A stretch of 60,948 nt of DNA, the filler included. It is 10 parts of 10 records of this genome, joined end to end, with 100 filler letters (N's around TTAATTAATTAA, not from the genome) between each part and the next. Parts side by side here need not be neighbours in the genome. Positions count along the whole stretch, not along the records: positions 20,136 to 23,645 come from SRR15195285_5529; positions 23,746 to 35,843 come from SRR15195285_5540; 8 more parts are not named here. The stretch is one strand, 5' to 3'. Position 1 is the first letter of the stretch, and the number at the start of each line of letters is the position of its first letter. Positions 21,101-34,100 of this stretch are shown piece by piece. The notes under the pieces are model-generated. The model was not told the origin of the DNA. It searched no databases and worked only from the letters and a program-made list of their open reading frames with translations. A program made the translations under genes and the position numbers.

Positions 21101-21470
21101 GTGGCCAAGCGGCCTTTATATCTGGGATCTTCCAAGGATCTCCGCACGCGGCAGGAAGGAGGACTCGAGTCGAGCTCTAGTGTCTGGAGCGCAACCACAC
21201 CACCCGCTTTGCGGTGGCTGCGACAGGTGGCTACTCATAATTATATGCACCAGGTGGAAGATGCCCGCGGACATACTGTAGGATCGGCACTGCCCTAGAA
21301 TGGCACGCGTGCGACTGACGTGGGGGATCAGTTTCGCGACAGAAGTAGAGCAACATAGCGCCGGTGTGCGATTTTTAGAAGTGGTATGTGCATGCGCATG
21401 GTTCGAGGTGAAAATGGGCTAGACATATCAGTCTGCGCACAGTCGTATTGATCACGCATCATGTGCAGGC

Positions 21471-23523
21471 TCACAATGCCACCTCCGCGTGCGCTGCTCG
21501 CTCCTCTGCGAGCGCCGTGCGCATTGTCTCGAGCACGTCCGGGTGCTCGCTTGCATGGTTGCGTGTCTCGCCTGGATCGTGCACAAGGTCATACAGCTGC
21601 TCTCTGCCCTCCCCCTGGACGAATCACCACACATGACACACCATACATCAGTGAAGCTGGGGATTTCTGCAGCGGCAGGAAGGAACGTGGGAGTGAAACG
21701 CGTACGTGATCATACAACACATATTTCCACGATGCATCAGCCACACAGTATGACACTTGGTTCTCACAGTAGACATACGTGCGAGGCACGGTGGCCTTAG
21801 GATTTGTAGCCTCGGCAACGCTGCGAAGAGAAAGTCCAAGGCAGTGCTTTGGTTTCGGCACCCCTGCGTAGTCACAGCATGTTGCCATCAGGTCCAGACC
21901 CACAGATACGAGGCAGTCACTGCGGGTGCCACCAGCCTGTGGGTGCAAACAAGCAGCGGTCAACGGATGACAACCTGGACAAGCTGCCACTGGAACAAGA
22001 CGCCAACAAACTGTAGCGCCCACGGCAGCACGGATAATTATCTTACTGAGATCTTGCCGAGATGTCGCATGATGAAGGGCACGCGAGCAGCCTCATCGTA
22101 AAGTATTGTCTTGTGCTCAAGGCCGTGCGAGCCGTCATGGTCGCCGTGGTCCTACCACACACGCACGCACACTTCGTTCAATTCGAAATTACATGTAGTG
22201 CAACACTCTCAAGATTGGGACCGCTCGCTCTGAATAGATTTCTCACCGACGTAAGAATCACAACAGTATCTTCACCCTGACCACTCGCATCGAGCGCGTC
22301 CACGATCACACCAATCTGCTTATCGACACGTTCCATCAATCGGGCGTCTGCACAACGAAGCAGGACCAGCGAAACTTCAAAACACCGATAACAGCTCAGC
22401 ATTACAACCGGAACAAGCACTGGTAAGCGAGCAAAAGGATTTGTACAAGGACATGTGTGCAAGTGCAAGTGCAACAGCATGAGAGCAGCAGTCGTACACG
22501 CCCAGCGGTGCAGCTGCCAGTCTTGTGTAGTCCAGTTTTCTCGGACATGGCGGCGGAATAGCCGTTCATCCATCAGCTCGCCAATCATTTCAGGCTCATT
22601 CGCTTGTGGTCTAATATTTGTCGGGGGTGGTGGTAGATTGCGTAGAAACTCTTCGTGCGAAACCCCAGCTGGTGGCAGTAGAGCCTCGTCAAGATTGGCG
22701 ATCTCACGATTTGCAGCATTCGCAACCATCCGAGCCTCTTGCATGTCAGCATTTCCTGGCTGCTCCGCATATGCCCGGATGGCGTGAAAGCAGATATCGT
22801 GTGGATTGATAAGGGACGCGACAGTAAACCAGGGCTGCAGGCTCTCAGCAAGCTCGCCACGTAACAACGCGGCGGTCTCGACTGCTAGGCGCTCGCGCTC
22901 GTCAGAGCTGAAGTACGACTGGAAACCAAGACGCTCCGGGTTGAGACCAATCGGCCAGTGGGTCTTGCCACCATACATGGTACGGTATCCCGCTCGATGC
23001 AGCTGGTGACCGAGGGACTGCTCGTCCTCGGTTTGGCTAAATGTTGTACCGCCCTCCGTCTGGTTGTGACGCAGTCCAATCGCACTGGGCATCCGGCCAG
23101 TGAACATTGAGAATCGTGAAGGCACGCACACGGGATTCGTCGCGTAGGCCCGGGTGAAGCGCGCGCCCTGTGCCGCGAGTCGGTCGCTGTTTGGAGTGCT
23201 GAGCCAATCTGTGCCAGCACAGGAAAGCAGCGTGTGCGTCTGCTGGTCCGTTACAAGGAGGAGTATGTTCGGGGGACGGTCCGTCTGTAGTTGACAACGT
23301 TTGCGTAAGTCAGCATGGTTGAATTGAATGAGCGTTTGAAGGTCTGGGTGTCACTAAAATGGAGATCCTGTGTATAATGCTGTAATACCGCAGTAGATGA
23401 CGGATGCGCTTCCATGTCGGCAAGCGAGCTGCGTCCAGGCTCCACTATATGCGAGGCGATTGATGACAGGCGCTCCATTCTGGACCTGCCAGTGTCCGTG
23501 CTCGCGCTGCAGATGCGGCTCAT
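21471..23523 (-). CDS. Type I (Cys/formylglycine) sulfatase, 6 exons (introns 23285-23388, 22348-22497, 22152-22246, 21937-22046, 21615-21705); start at 23523 or 23478
   Basis: Spliced protein contains PNILLLVTDQQ, TPNSDRLAAQGARFTRAY, CVPSRFSMFTG, GKTH, NPHD, TSDHGD, HK.ILYDEAARVPFI, LDLMATCCDYAG, WKY and EQLYDLVHDPGETRN. Confidence 0.9.
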
Positions 23524-23645
23524 GCCGGTGTACTCGGCTCGATGCGCCGCACGGCCGGTGACCGGCGTCCGGATCGCGCGCGCGACGACGACGCGCGAGC
23601 GCCGAGCACGCGACCCCGCACCGGGGGGTCAAAGTGATGTTCGAA

Positions 23646-23745
23646 NNNNNNNNNNNNNNNNNNNNNNNNNNNNNNNNNNNNNNNNNNNNTTAATTAATTA
23701 ANNNNNNNNNNNNNNNNNNNNNNNNNNNNNNNNNNNNNNNNNNNN
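23646..23745. other. Artificial contig spacer
   Basis: 44 N + TTAATTAATTAA + 44 N. Confidence 0.99.
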
Positions 23746-23773
23746 TTGAGCGTACACATACAATTGACTGGTG

Positions 23774-24616
23774 ATGGCATGGTCCCCACGCTCGCCAGCT
23801 CGGACCCCTCGCCGCCCTCCGACCAGCCCACCGCACACCTTCTCGGACTTCGTTCCGCTGCAGGGTGAGAGCGGCGTGAGGGAGGTGGAGCCGGCGCCGC
23901 AGGGTGGGCGGGAGCTGGGCGGTTGCCTGGGCGGCTGGGAGGCGTTGACTCCACGAGGAGAGTGGCGGACGATGAGTAGCCGGACGGATCGAGCGAGCGA
24001 GGTGCTGGGTCGGATCATGAATACGCACGAGGCCGCGATGAGGCAACCGTTCGGGCCGAAGCAATACCAGCCCGGGACGAGCTCGGACGAGGAAGCGGAC
24101 GAGGGCGAGGACGACGAGGGCGAAAGCGTCATGGTCGTCATGTCCGAGGACCCGAGAACGCCGGAGAGTCTGATAAAGATATCACGAAGCAGTAGCTACC
24201 ACGTGCTTAGCTTGCCGACCTACCCTCCTTCAGCACCGAACGAGGAGGATGTGCGGCCGACGGAAGAGGAAGAACTGGCGGAGCTTGCACGCGAGAACGA
24301 ACGGCTGAAGGCGGCGATTGCGATAGCGCTGCACGAAGAAAAGGAGCGCAGCGCAAGACGCAGCGATAGGGCAGCATTTAAGCGGATGGAGCGCATTTAT
24401 GCTTCCGCTGGGCTAGAGCCAGAGCCCCAGCTGCCTGCACAAGCTGCCGCGGCGCACACTGCGCTCGCGCATCAGAATTCACTTGAGGACGACCCAGATG
24501 GGGCTTCACCCGCGCCGCAGTTGCTTTCCATGATGAAGGAGCGGGAACGGGTGATGCAACAGCAGAAGGAGGAGATCGAGAAGCTTCGCCAACAGCTCGC
24601 AATGCACTTAGACTAA
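23774..24616 (+). CDS. Hypothetical acidic coiled-coil protein
   Basis: About 280-aa ORF with coding-like composition and two short coiled coils (ELARENERLKAAI; QQQKEEIEKLRQQL). No recognised family. Confidence 0.6.
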   Translation: MAWSPRSPARTPRRPPTSPPHTFSDFVPLQGESGVREVEPAPQGGRELGGCLGGWEALTPRGEWRTMSSRTDRASEVLGRIMNTHEAAMRQPFGPKQYQPGTSSDEEADEGEDDEGESVMVVMSEDPRTPESLIKISRSSSYHVLSLPTYPPSAPNEEDVRPTEEEELAELARENERLKAAIAIALHEEKERSARRSDRAAFKRMERIYASAGLEPEPQLPAQAAAAHTALAHQNSLEDDPDGASPAPQLLSMMKERERVMQQQKEEIEKLRQQLAMHLD

Positions 24617-25137
24617 CCAGCTGACTTGCTTAGTTTTAGGTAGCCACAGCATCGTCCAATGGTTTTGCCAATGTACACTCCGGCGATTTGCAGCTTTAAC
24701 CGCACCGGACAAGCGTGTCGATTTCCAAATGGACTTCGGTGGCAGCATCAATATGACCTTTTCTGGCAACGGAGTCACCGGGACAAGCAGCCATCTGTGC
24801 CGTGTTGAAGTGCGGGGCGGTGAGACACAAGAAGCGTGCACTTGCCGAACAATCACCCGCAAGAGGAAGGCGAACTTGAGCTACGAGACAGCAGTGGCTG
24901 AATTCCTTCTTGCAGCGGATGACAGCGACGACGACTCTGCGATAGACATAGGCATGCAGCGTAGCTGGCTGTTGATGGCAGAACATGGCTTCGTCACGGT
25001 TTGTCTATTCAGCTGAGTCACTAGATATCAACAAAGCCTCCTTTGCTGCTGGTCCCAACCAATGCTTGTGCATCCACTTCAAGCTAGGATCGCCCATCAA
25101 CTCGTATTCTAGCCCCTTGCGTAGGTTCCCATCTTCT

Positions 25138-28100
25138 CTACTCTGCCTCCGGCATGCATCGTGTCCCAGCAGGTGGGACGGCCTCAGGTACTTCAGTTGC
25201 GTTGTGTGCGTCATGTGCCAGCGGACTGTCAGCTTTTTCTTGGTCTTGATCTTGGCATCCGACTCGCTCTGGCGTTGCGTTTGAGTTGTGCTGCAAGGCT
25301 TGTTTAGATACGCCAGGTCGTGACGAGGACACAGTTCTGGCACCACCCGCCTCTGCGTGCTGCTGAGCTTTCGGCGATGGAACGCTGGTGTCTGCGTGCT
25401 GCTCGTTTGCTGTTTGCGTTTGGTCCAATGGATCTGAAGCTGGGGACAGATCTGTGACCTTGGCAACATTTCGTGCCATGATGGTCTGCAGTTCCTCTTC
25501 TGCAAGCACTTCCTCAAGGATAACCTCCCCTGTATGCGTAATACGGTCGATCCATGGGCCTCCCGACTTCTGAGAACCTATGCGGATTCGTGTATAGCCT
25601 TCGACAACCTGCTCTTCCAATGCGGTTACGACCATACCGCGTCCCAGCGAACCTACAATGTTTGAGGCCTGGGACGCCTCGGCATGCACTGTCGCCTGAT
25701 CGGCCACTACCATGTACATCTTATGGCCTCGTATCAGCGTGGAGAGCTCCTTTTGAGAGACTCTGCCATCTCCGTTGGCGTCGAGTTTGTCAAACAACTC
25801 AAACAGCTCCTCGCGGTCCAGCTCGCCGTCTCCATCAGCATCGAAGCTGTGCCCAGAGCCGTGCTGGGTTCTGTGAGCCTTCGCCCGCAGATCGTTGCAT
25901 TCTCTCATCTGGGCATGCTTCTTTTGGTGTTTGGACAGGGACCTTGTCATCAGCGCAAGAAATATCCCGACGACGAATACAACGATCAGCATCACAAGCC
26001 CGTAGGTGACCGCACTACTAGCGTAAAACTGTTCACTGGCATTGATGTGTAGCACCACCATTAGCACCACCATCACAATCACATCCATCAGATTGTCTAT
26101 GTGCTCTACGTATGGCTCGACCTCGATCTCGAGGCAGACGAAGCATGCCAGTGCCAGCACAAGTGCGAGACGCCAGTCAAAATTGTCGTCGGCGTTGTAA
26201 CCGCGCAGATAAATCACGTTCACAAGGTTTTTCCTCATGAGCAGCATCACAAACCACCACCATCTGTTTGGGTGATAGTAACAGTGCAGGTCGACGAAGT
26301 AGTCGCGCTCAGTCTCGGTTGACTTGGCGTTTTTTACGTCGATTAGGTCTTTGCGTTCCGTCTTGACGAATGTTTTCGCATGCCCTCGTGCGCTTGCTAC
26401 GCGCTGTTTCAGGTTGTGTGCACGCTGCGCAGGGGGTGCGGTATTGTCGGCTCCTTGGAGCGGCTCGACCTGTTCTTCCAAATCGTGGTCAGTCGCAGTC
26501 TCGAACACCTCATCTTCCGGAATGTCATCTGGGCCGCGACCTGTGGTTGCGTTGCTGTTGTTGTCCTGCAGATGTTTTGCCTTGACAAGAACCTTGTGGA
26601 CACCGTTAGTCGAGCGATCCACGAGCGGTAGTTCGGGGTTGTTGTAGAGCTTGAACAAGTACTTGACAGCGGCAAGCGGGGCTACGAATATCACTAGAAG
26701 CAGCAGAAGAGAAAGAGTGATGGTCATGATGTGCCATCCAGTACCGCATTCTTGGGCCAAGTCCCGTTTCAAGTACCTCTTCTCGTCGCCTGGCACGACC
26801 GCACTACAGAGCAGCATCTCCATCGCGCTGCGAGAAAAAGGCATGTAAATGAACATAGCAACCCGGACAAAAGCGCGGCGCTCATTCCATGCTTCGAACA
26901 TTTGTCCGTCTTTTTTCTCGAAGGCCATCAAGGCTTTGTGCAGCACTTTCCACAAAATATGGTGCACCTTCTCTGAAGCAGTCAGCAATTGTTGCGTCCG
27001 TTCGTGATGTGGGTGCTCATTGGCCCAGAAGTTAGCCTGCTCTAGGCTCATCAGGTCGAGTTTCTCACTGGCAAGCACAAGTACAGTCTGTAATTCTGAG
27101 TCTTCCTTATAACCGTACCACACATCATCACCGTCGTGATTCGTGTGCCCATCTGCCCCGGCAGGTTTGTGTTGCTCAGGGGCAGGCCAATGAGCAGTAG
27201 TACCGGTGCGCGTGTCACCCACATGGGTGATCACAATTGTATCACCGACGTGGAACTCGAGCTCACCGCTTTCGGGATCTGGCATGTGGTCTTGAATGGC
27301 GCGGCAGACGACTCGCTGTAGATCGAACAGGGTGCGCTTGTCTTGCATCTCTAGCTCACGCTCGACAGATGCGGGGATGTGTGCCTTGATCCATTTCTCT
27401 ACACCGCTGAACTCGTGCAGGTCTTGCAGCTTGTTCCAGGCGGTACCACAGAGATGAACACAGAGAAACAAGTAGGCCGGCACGAATAGGACTTTAAGGA
27501 AAAACTGCCCATAAACACCCACGGGTAACGTGCATTGGCCGAATGATTGCCCTGGGTCAATGTTGAATAGGTCAAACATCCCTGCCGCCCCAGAGTTTAC
27601 AACGAACGAATCTTTGCCAACCAGCGCCAGCGTCTGAACCAGAAACAGTACCGTGTCACTAGCGGCGTTCTGCTTGAGGTCGCCAAGACTCTTCATCACC
27701 TGTAGGCCTGCAATGAGCAGGTATGTGATCATTTGAATCAGTATTGGTCCGATCCTGATGCCATCACATTCTGTACAGTGTCCTTTGATCCGGACGTAGC
27801 TAACGTCAGGGTCCGACTCGTCGCAGCCTGCGCAAATCATACCTACGTGATGTTCTGCGCATTTGACAATATCCGGTTTGTCTGCAGTGGGTAGTCGGCA
27901 AATATCGCCACCTACTGATGACGCAGCTACACAGTGCTCTTTATCCCCACCGTGGCATGGGACTGCGAGTGCCAAGATGACATTGCCTTCGACGTCACGG
28001 TCAGACAGACGGAAAATCCCGCCCTTGGAGTCTGCACCATGCTCCAACATTGCAGGAAATGTCGTCACATAGTATCCTTCGATCGGACAGATAGGAGAAG

Positions 28101-31100
28101 CTCCCTGCCAACCGCCAGGACATGTCTGGTGCGTCTGATTGTTCCACAGTGGAGAATCAGGTATTTCGCCTAGACTAACGTTTGGTGATAGCATGTATTC
28201 TGGCGTCCCGACCTCGTCACTAATCCATTGAGGCACACTGATCTTGCTGCACTCTTGGCAACCGCGGCTGAAACTGTAGAAACCAGGTGGGCATGCACAT
28301 TCGCTCTCATCACGTGCACCCGAGAATTGCATCTCTAATCCTGCTGGCGGAGCAATTGAATGTATTGCCCACACTAAGCATGTGCTACACTTGAGCCCAT
28401 CTTGACCGTACGTGCCTGGTGGACAGTTGTTGCAATGCGACTTGTCCGGGGACGGAACCTGTCCAGGTGGACATGTTTGGCATATGAAACCAGTCTCTGC
28501 GTTGCTATAGCCTGACTCGCACACAGTGCACGAGGATGCATCATTGGTCGTCATATCGGTTGAGACTTCAGGTGTCATGCCCGAGGGACAGGGGAGGCAA
28601 GCGCGGCGGCCTGATGGGTTGATTTGGCCGAGCCGAGCTCGGACCGGACGATCATACGTGTCTCTGAGGCATTCGCACGCGGTCCCATCTGCTGAGGGGC
28701 TCTCCCCTGTCTCGCAAGTGACTGGAACCGGTTCGAATGCGAGTGTCCCTAAAATGTAGTCATCATCAGAGATTGCAAAAGAGAATGTCTGCATGATTTC
28801 GCTACGTTCAGAGAGCCGTCGTCCAGCGCCACCATTGTCAAGCTGTACTTCATGAACACCGCCATTTGAGTCCCCGACCTCCAGCACGCCAACCCATCCT
28901 GCCGCATCAATCGTTGCACTATAATCGCCGGGTAACAGCACGCACGTCGTTGGGTGTTCGATTTCATCTATGAACCAGCTAATGGTTCCGTGATCCTGCA
29001 TGTGCACATACACGACTACTTGTTCACCAACAGGAGAAGTGAACTGCGCCTGCCCGTGTTCGGCGCAGATCGAATCGGCACATTCTGGAGACCCTACTCC
29101 CGAGACAACTCGCAGAGCAAGCAGTGTATCGTTCAACGTAGTGACCTTGATTGCAGTCGCCATCCCGCGGTAGACCAGCCTGTGCACTGTGCTATTGCCG
29201 GGAGGCGCAACGACATCCCTGTGCACTTGCGGCCCCACCCACGGGTCGTTTGACTCAAACGTGGCAAGCCAATCGTTGTCAATTTGCCAATGCACTACGC
29301 AGCCTTGTGGTGGCAGTATTTCCAGCGCCACAACAGACTGCGATGGCGCGCACACGTTCTGGACCTGAACGCACGTCCACGATAATGTCATGGGCGATGC
29401 GTACAGCTGTGCTGCATCAGAGTCTTCGGCTTCGCTCCCACTGTAAGTAATGACTATCGTCATATTGTCGCCCACCGAAGTAATCTCTTCTCCAAGACCA
29501 GACACCCCCCTATATGATAGGTATTGGCCTGGTGCACTGATCATGCAGCTGCCCGATGCTCCATCGTGGTTGGGGTCATACTCGAACTGCGTGTCAATGC
29601 TTCGTAAATTGCACGTGCCCATAGACGAGTAGAGTGTACACACTCCATCCGGGCAATATTGAGCAAAATGGGCCCCGGCCGCGACGGCACGGTCATTGCA
29701 CGATGCCTCTGTCTCGCCAGGGAACTTGGATGCTGCATCACCTCCAGCAATCCGCTGAGAATTTCCGCGGCCATCGCAGCCACTAGAGGCAACGGTGTCG
29801 TACTCGCGCGTTCCGATGCGCACCATAGCCTCATAACCAGCATAGAATCGGGCTTCTTGCCAACTTTGGTCGCTCACCTCGAGGTCGAACGCTACAATTT
29901 GGACCTGCACAGCCTGCCCTTCACCGCATGAAATCGTATGTGTCATTTCTATACCACCCTCGCTGCGCTCCACGGGCAAGAAACTGGTGCCCACCGAGGG
30001 TTGCATGTAAGTAATAGTAGCAGATGGGAGGTCTTCGCGTAGCTCGGTGAGCACAGGGGCTTCGAAAATTCCTGATGCCAGCTCCAGATGCAGACAGCCG
30101 GTTTCAAAAGGCACCCTCACCCATGAACCAGCAGAAGAGATGCAACCAGACCCTATGGTACAACTAGGAAGCGAGGCGTTGGCCACAACATGGCCTGTCA
30201 GATTCTTGACGGTTGCAGACCCACCTTGGCAGGTGTTGTCTGGTTTGGTCATCAAGTAAAGGCTGTGATTTCCCGTGGGTGTTCCAAACAACTCAACCAG
30301 CTCGTCTGACCCCATACCATCCGACAACGCAGAATTGACACAGGCAGTTCCCCTAGCTACGCCGCAGTGCGCTTCCAAGTCCGTGGCATATGTGCGCGTG
30401 GCCACATCTACAGCTCCGCGAACGGATGTTCCGAAGGCAAACGGGCCACCGGCACACTTGCATGTATCGATGTCATCCAAACAAAACGAATCTCGATCGA
30501 AATCGACGCTCCATGAGAGCGAAGACTCTGCAACGCCGACAGCACGCAGGCTGAGTGTAGTTGGAGCCGCTGAGTAGACAGTCACATCATATTGCTTGCC
30601 GTACGCATATGGCTTCGTATCTTCGATGATACACTCAAACGCGTCCAAGAACGTCGAGAACAGGCATTGTGATTTGCCTAAGCCCTCCCCTACACGTGCG
30701 CGGACTGATTTGGCCTCACTGACCTCGCTAAAAATCTGCATACCTGGAGCGTACTTTGCTCCGAATGCGTTGCTGTAGGTGTCTCGCGCAGTTACCCGAA
30801 CACGCCACGGGCGCCCCGCAATCGCGTTTCCGATAGCCTCGCAGTTCGAATGTCTCGGGCTGAACGCTCCCGGAACAACAGTCACAGCAATATCGACTGA
30901 GAACCACGACTCTAGTGGTGCTGTTGATACCACATCAAGAACAGTGTTGTATACACCTGCCGTAGCTGACCCGGCAAATCGCACCTGCAGCGTTGAAGTT
31001 CGCTCTCCGACTTCCGAACTGATTTCACCAGCACCATCTACATCCAGCAAGCCGTGAAAATCTCTGAAGTGTGTGTACCACGGAACGTCGCTTTCAACGA

Positions 31101-34100
31101 AGTTGAATAGATTCAACTGGGTAGTCAAAGCTTCATTTGGTTCAACTTCGACAGACAGCACCTGTGGCGTCACAATGAATGGAGACGAATCGACCGAAAC
31201 TGTGATGCTGATGGCGAAGCGTAGGATCTCACGGTCCACGAGAATGAGCACTTGTCCCTCGTCAAAGCATTCTACATCGGGGTCACAAAGAACCGCATTC
31301 GCACGCATGCGCACTTCTACGTGTAAAGATCGTTTTGAAGCAAATGTGCCCGTCTCATCGAGGTTTACAGCACGCACCTCGGCCCAGTCGACAGTACTCT
31401 GGATATCATACACCTGAGCGCTTGCTGCACCATCGTTGATGATTTCGATCGTGCGCTTCACATCACCACCCCTGGCGACCACGGCATATATAGCCGAGCG
31501 CATGTTGCCAGAACAGTCTGGCCTGTCAGGTAGCATTGGCTGACTTAGTGTGACAGAAGCGCATTCTGTTTCCACCAGCAGTTGGATGCTCGTGCTGCGT
31601 ACACCACCAAACGTCCCGCTGCCCACTTCAGCGCCTTGATCATCGAGCAAAACCCAGGAAGGGAGGTCCGATGGCAAGCAGTCGGAACATTGTCCTTCGA
31701 GTGTCCAGCAGCCGGCACGGAGTCGCGGTAGGGCAACCGTGAAGCCCCGGGCAGAAGAAGCCGGTATAGGCACACCGTTTGGCAGTGTGAACGAAACGGA
31801 ATATTCTCCTGGGTTCGAAATTTCGAGCGACCAATCAACCTCTCTCAAGCCACCACATTCACAGTTCGGCGGGTGCAAACAACTGTATTGGCATGATCCA
31901 TCGTCAACCCAAGCATCCGGACTGAAGTTGTTTGCCCAGTGACTATCGGTGCAGCCCGTCGATGTCTTCAGGAAAGATGGCGTTGTAGTGAGCATGTCTC
32001 CTACGTTCATGTGGAGAGGGAACGTGCCGACTACCAGGTCTCCACACTGCAAATGAACATCGTCACCATCAGGCCACAGCTCACCTGTGAGGAGTGCCTT
32101 TGCATGACCACTTTCTGCCCTCACAGTCTCGACAACAACGTCGTCAAGCGCAACAAAATCTTTTGCATTTGCATTGATAACTCTTCCGCCGCTATCAACT
32201 ACATTCGTCAACACGAGCTCGAGGCTTGGATTCCGGTGCTCCACTAGTAGACTAACAGTAATGACTCTGTCGGGCCTGTTAGATCCACAAATGCTGTCGT
32301 CGCTGCTTTCAATCATTGGCAGATCCATTCGCCACTCCTCTACGCCATCGACAGTCAAATCAGCGACTGAGTTTCGAGTTTGGTCTAGTAGGAGGAACTT
32401 GAAGCTGATTCGAACTTTTTCGTGGGGAAAGCCCACGCTGAACACCGATGTGAACGTTGTGGTGGCTGTGGCCCCCGCGCTATGCCCACCGAGAACAGTT
32501 CCACCGTTGCAAGAACTCAGGATATTAGACCATGAGTCTGTATCTTTCGCTGGAACGGTTCGATATGAATAAGTAGAAATGAAATTGTTGTAACCTGTCG
32601 TGGTCATTCGCCATCGTTGCGCATCAGAGTCACTGGTGCTATCTGATTCAAAGGTTGACCGATGTGAGTACACGCGCCGACCTAGCACGATGGCAATATC
32701 TCCAACGCTCGCCATCGCCAAGTCTAGAGTGACGGTTGAGTCAGGTGTCGCAGTCAACCGCGTGTACAACAGCATATTTGGTGCCTCGTCATCTGGCATA
32801 CGTGCCCATCCGTCCGCGGCTAGTGCTTCGCTGATTTCATGGCTGAACTCTGCCTGCGTTCGAATCGCAACAAAAGCTTCAGCAGGCGCCGTCATGGTCA
32901 GCTCAAGAGATTCACCGAAAGCAGAATCTTCAAGTGACACTAGCAACTTGCCAACGAGTACGCTTGGTATCTCAAAAAAGTCTCTGGCGTCACCAAACAG
33001 ATCGGTGCTGGCATCGACTGCAATAATGTCGATATCAGCTTCTTCTCCACTAGCAGTGAAAGTAAGCTCAGGCACAAGAGCATCGCCATACGTCACCATG
33101 TGCCACGAAACAGCCTGATAGGTCCCGATGCTATCATGTGCACCAGCGGTTGCATTGCAGTCATCAGCTGCACAAGCACAAGACCCAGACGCGTCCCAAG
33201 AAAACTTACGTGAATGGTGACATCGGTCGTCATTTAACGTTGCGGCAGCACACGTCTGCAGTGAAATTTCCGCACCAAAGTGAATAGCTGCATCACACTC
33301 TGTTTGAGGCTGCAGTAATACTCCATCTGGTTCGAAGTACATCCGTGCTTCAGTGGGACTGGAGACGTCAGTGGGTGGTGCTGTCGTCCACTGGCGCATG
33401 CCGTCAACAAACAGTCGATTTGCTGAGAGAATTATCTCACTTGAAAGGTCGGCAGCGCCTGCACACAGCTGTGGCATTGATAGAACATCTGGGGAGGCGC
33501 TTCCGATAGATTGAATGGGGAAAAAGCTGTTGCCCTCAGGGTCGATCACTCCAACCTGTATTGGTGATGCCGTTCTGCGAACCAAGTCTTGGATCGTCTC
33601 CATATAGTAAAGTTCACCTGCCTGCAGAGTGACGATGACTTTCTCTTCTCCTCGTGCAGACCAGCCTATCGTGCCACGTTGGCTAGTCCTCGCAATAGTG
33701 CTAGCACCGACAGCACGATGACCACCACTGAACTTCAGTATACTTGTGCTGCCACAATTGAGAACAAAAGTGTGCTCTCCCGAGATCGTAGGCGCAAATA
33801 GACCACGTATCCGCTGGCTAAAGGGCCGATCGCGAGCGTCAGAGAGCTGCAAATCCCATGTACCAACGGACGAGAAAGTGCGATTGAGTGGCCGAACGAA
33901 ATCGGGCAAAGCAGCAAGTGTCGTTACAGAAGACCAAGGCGTCCCGAACCAACGCTCCAGTACAGCTCCGGCAACGAGCACATCAGCATGATCGCCAACA
34001 AAGATGCGATCATACTCGCAGGAGCTGTCATCATCAACCCAAGCTTCGGCGTCAAAGTTTTCAGCCAGTGAGTCACGACATCCAGATGGTATCGCCTCCT

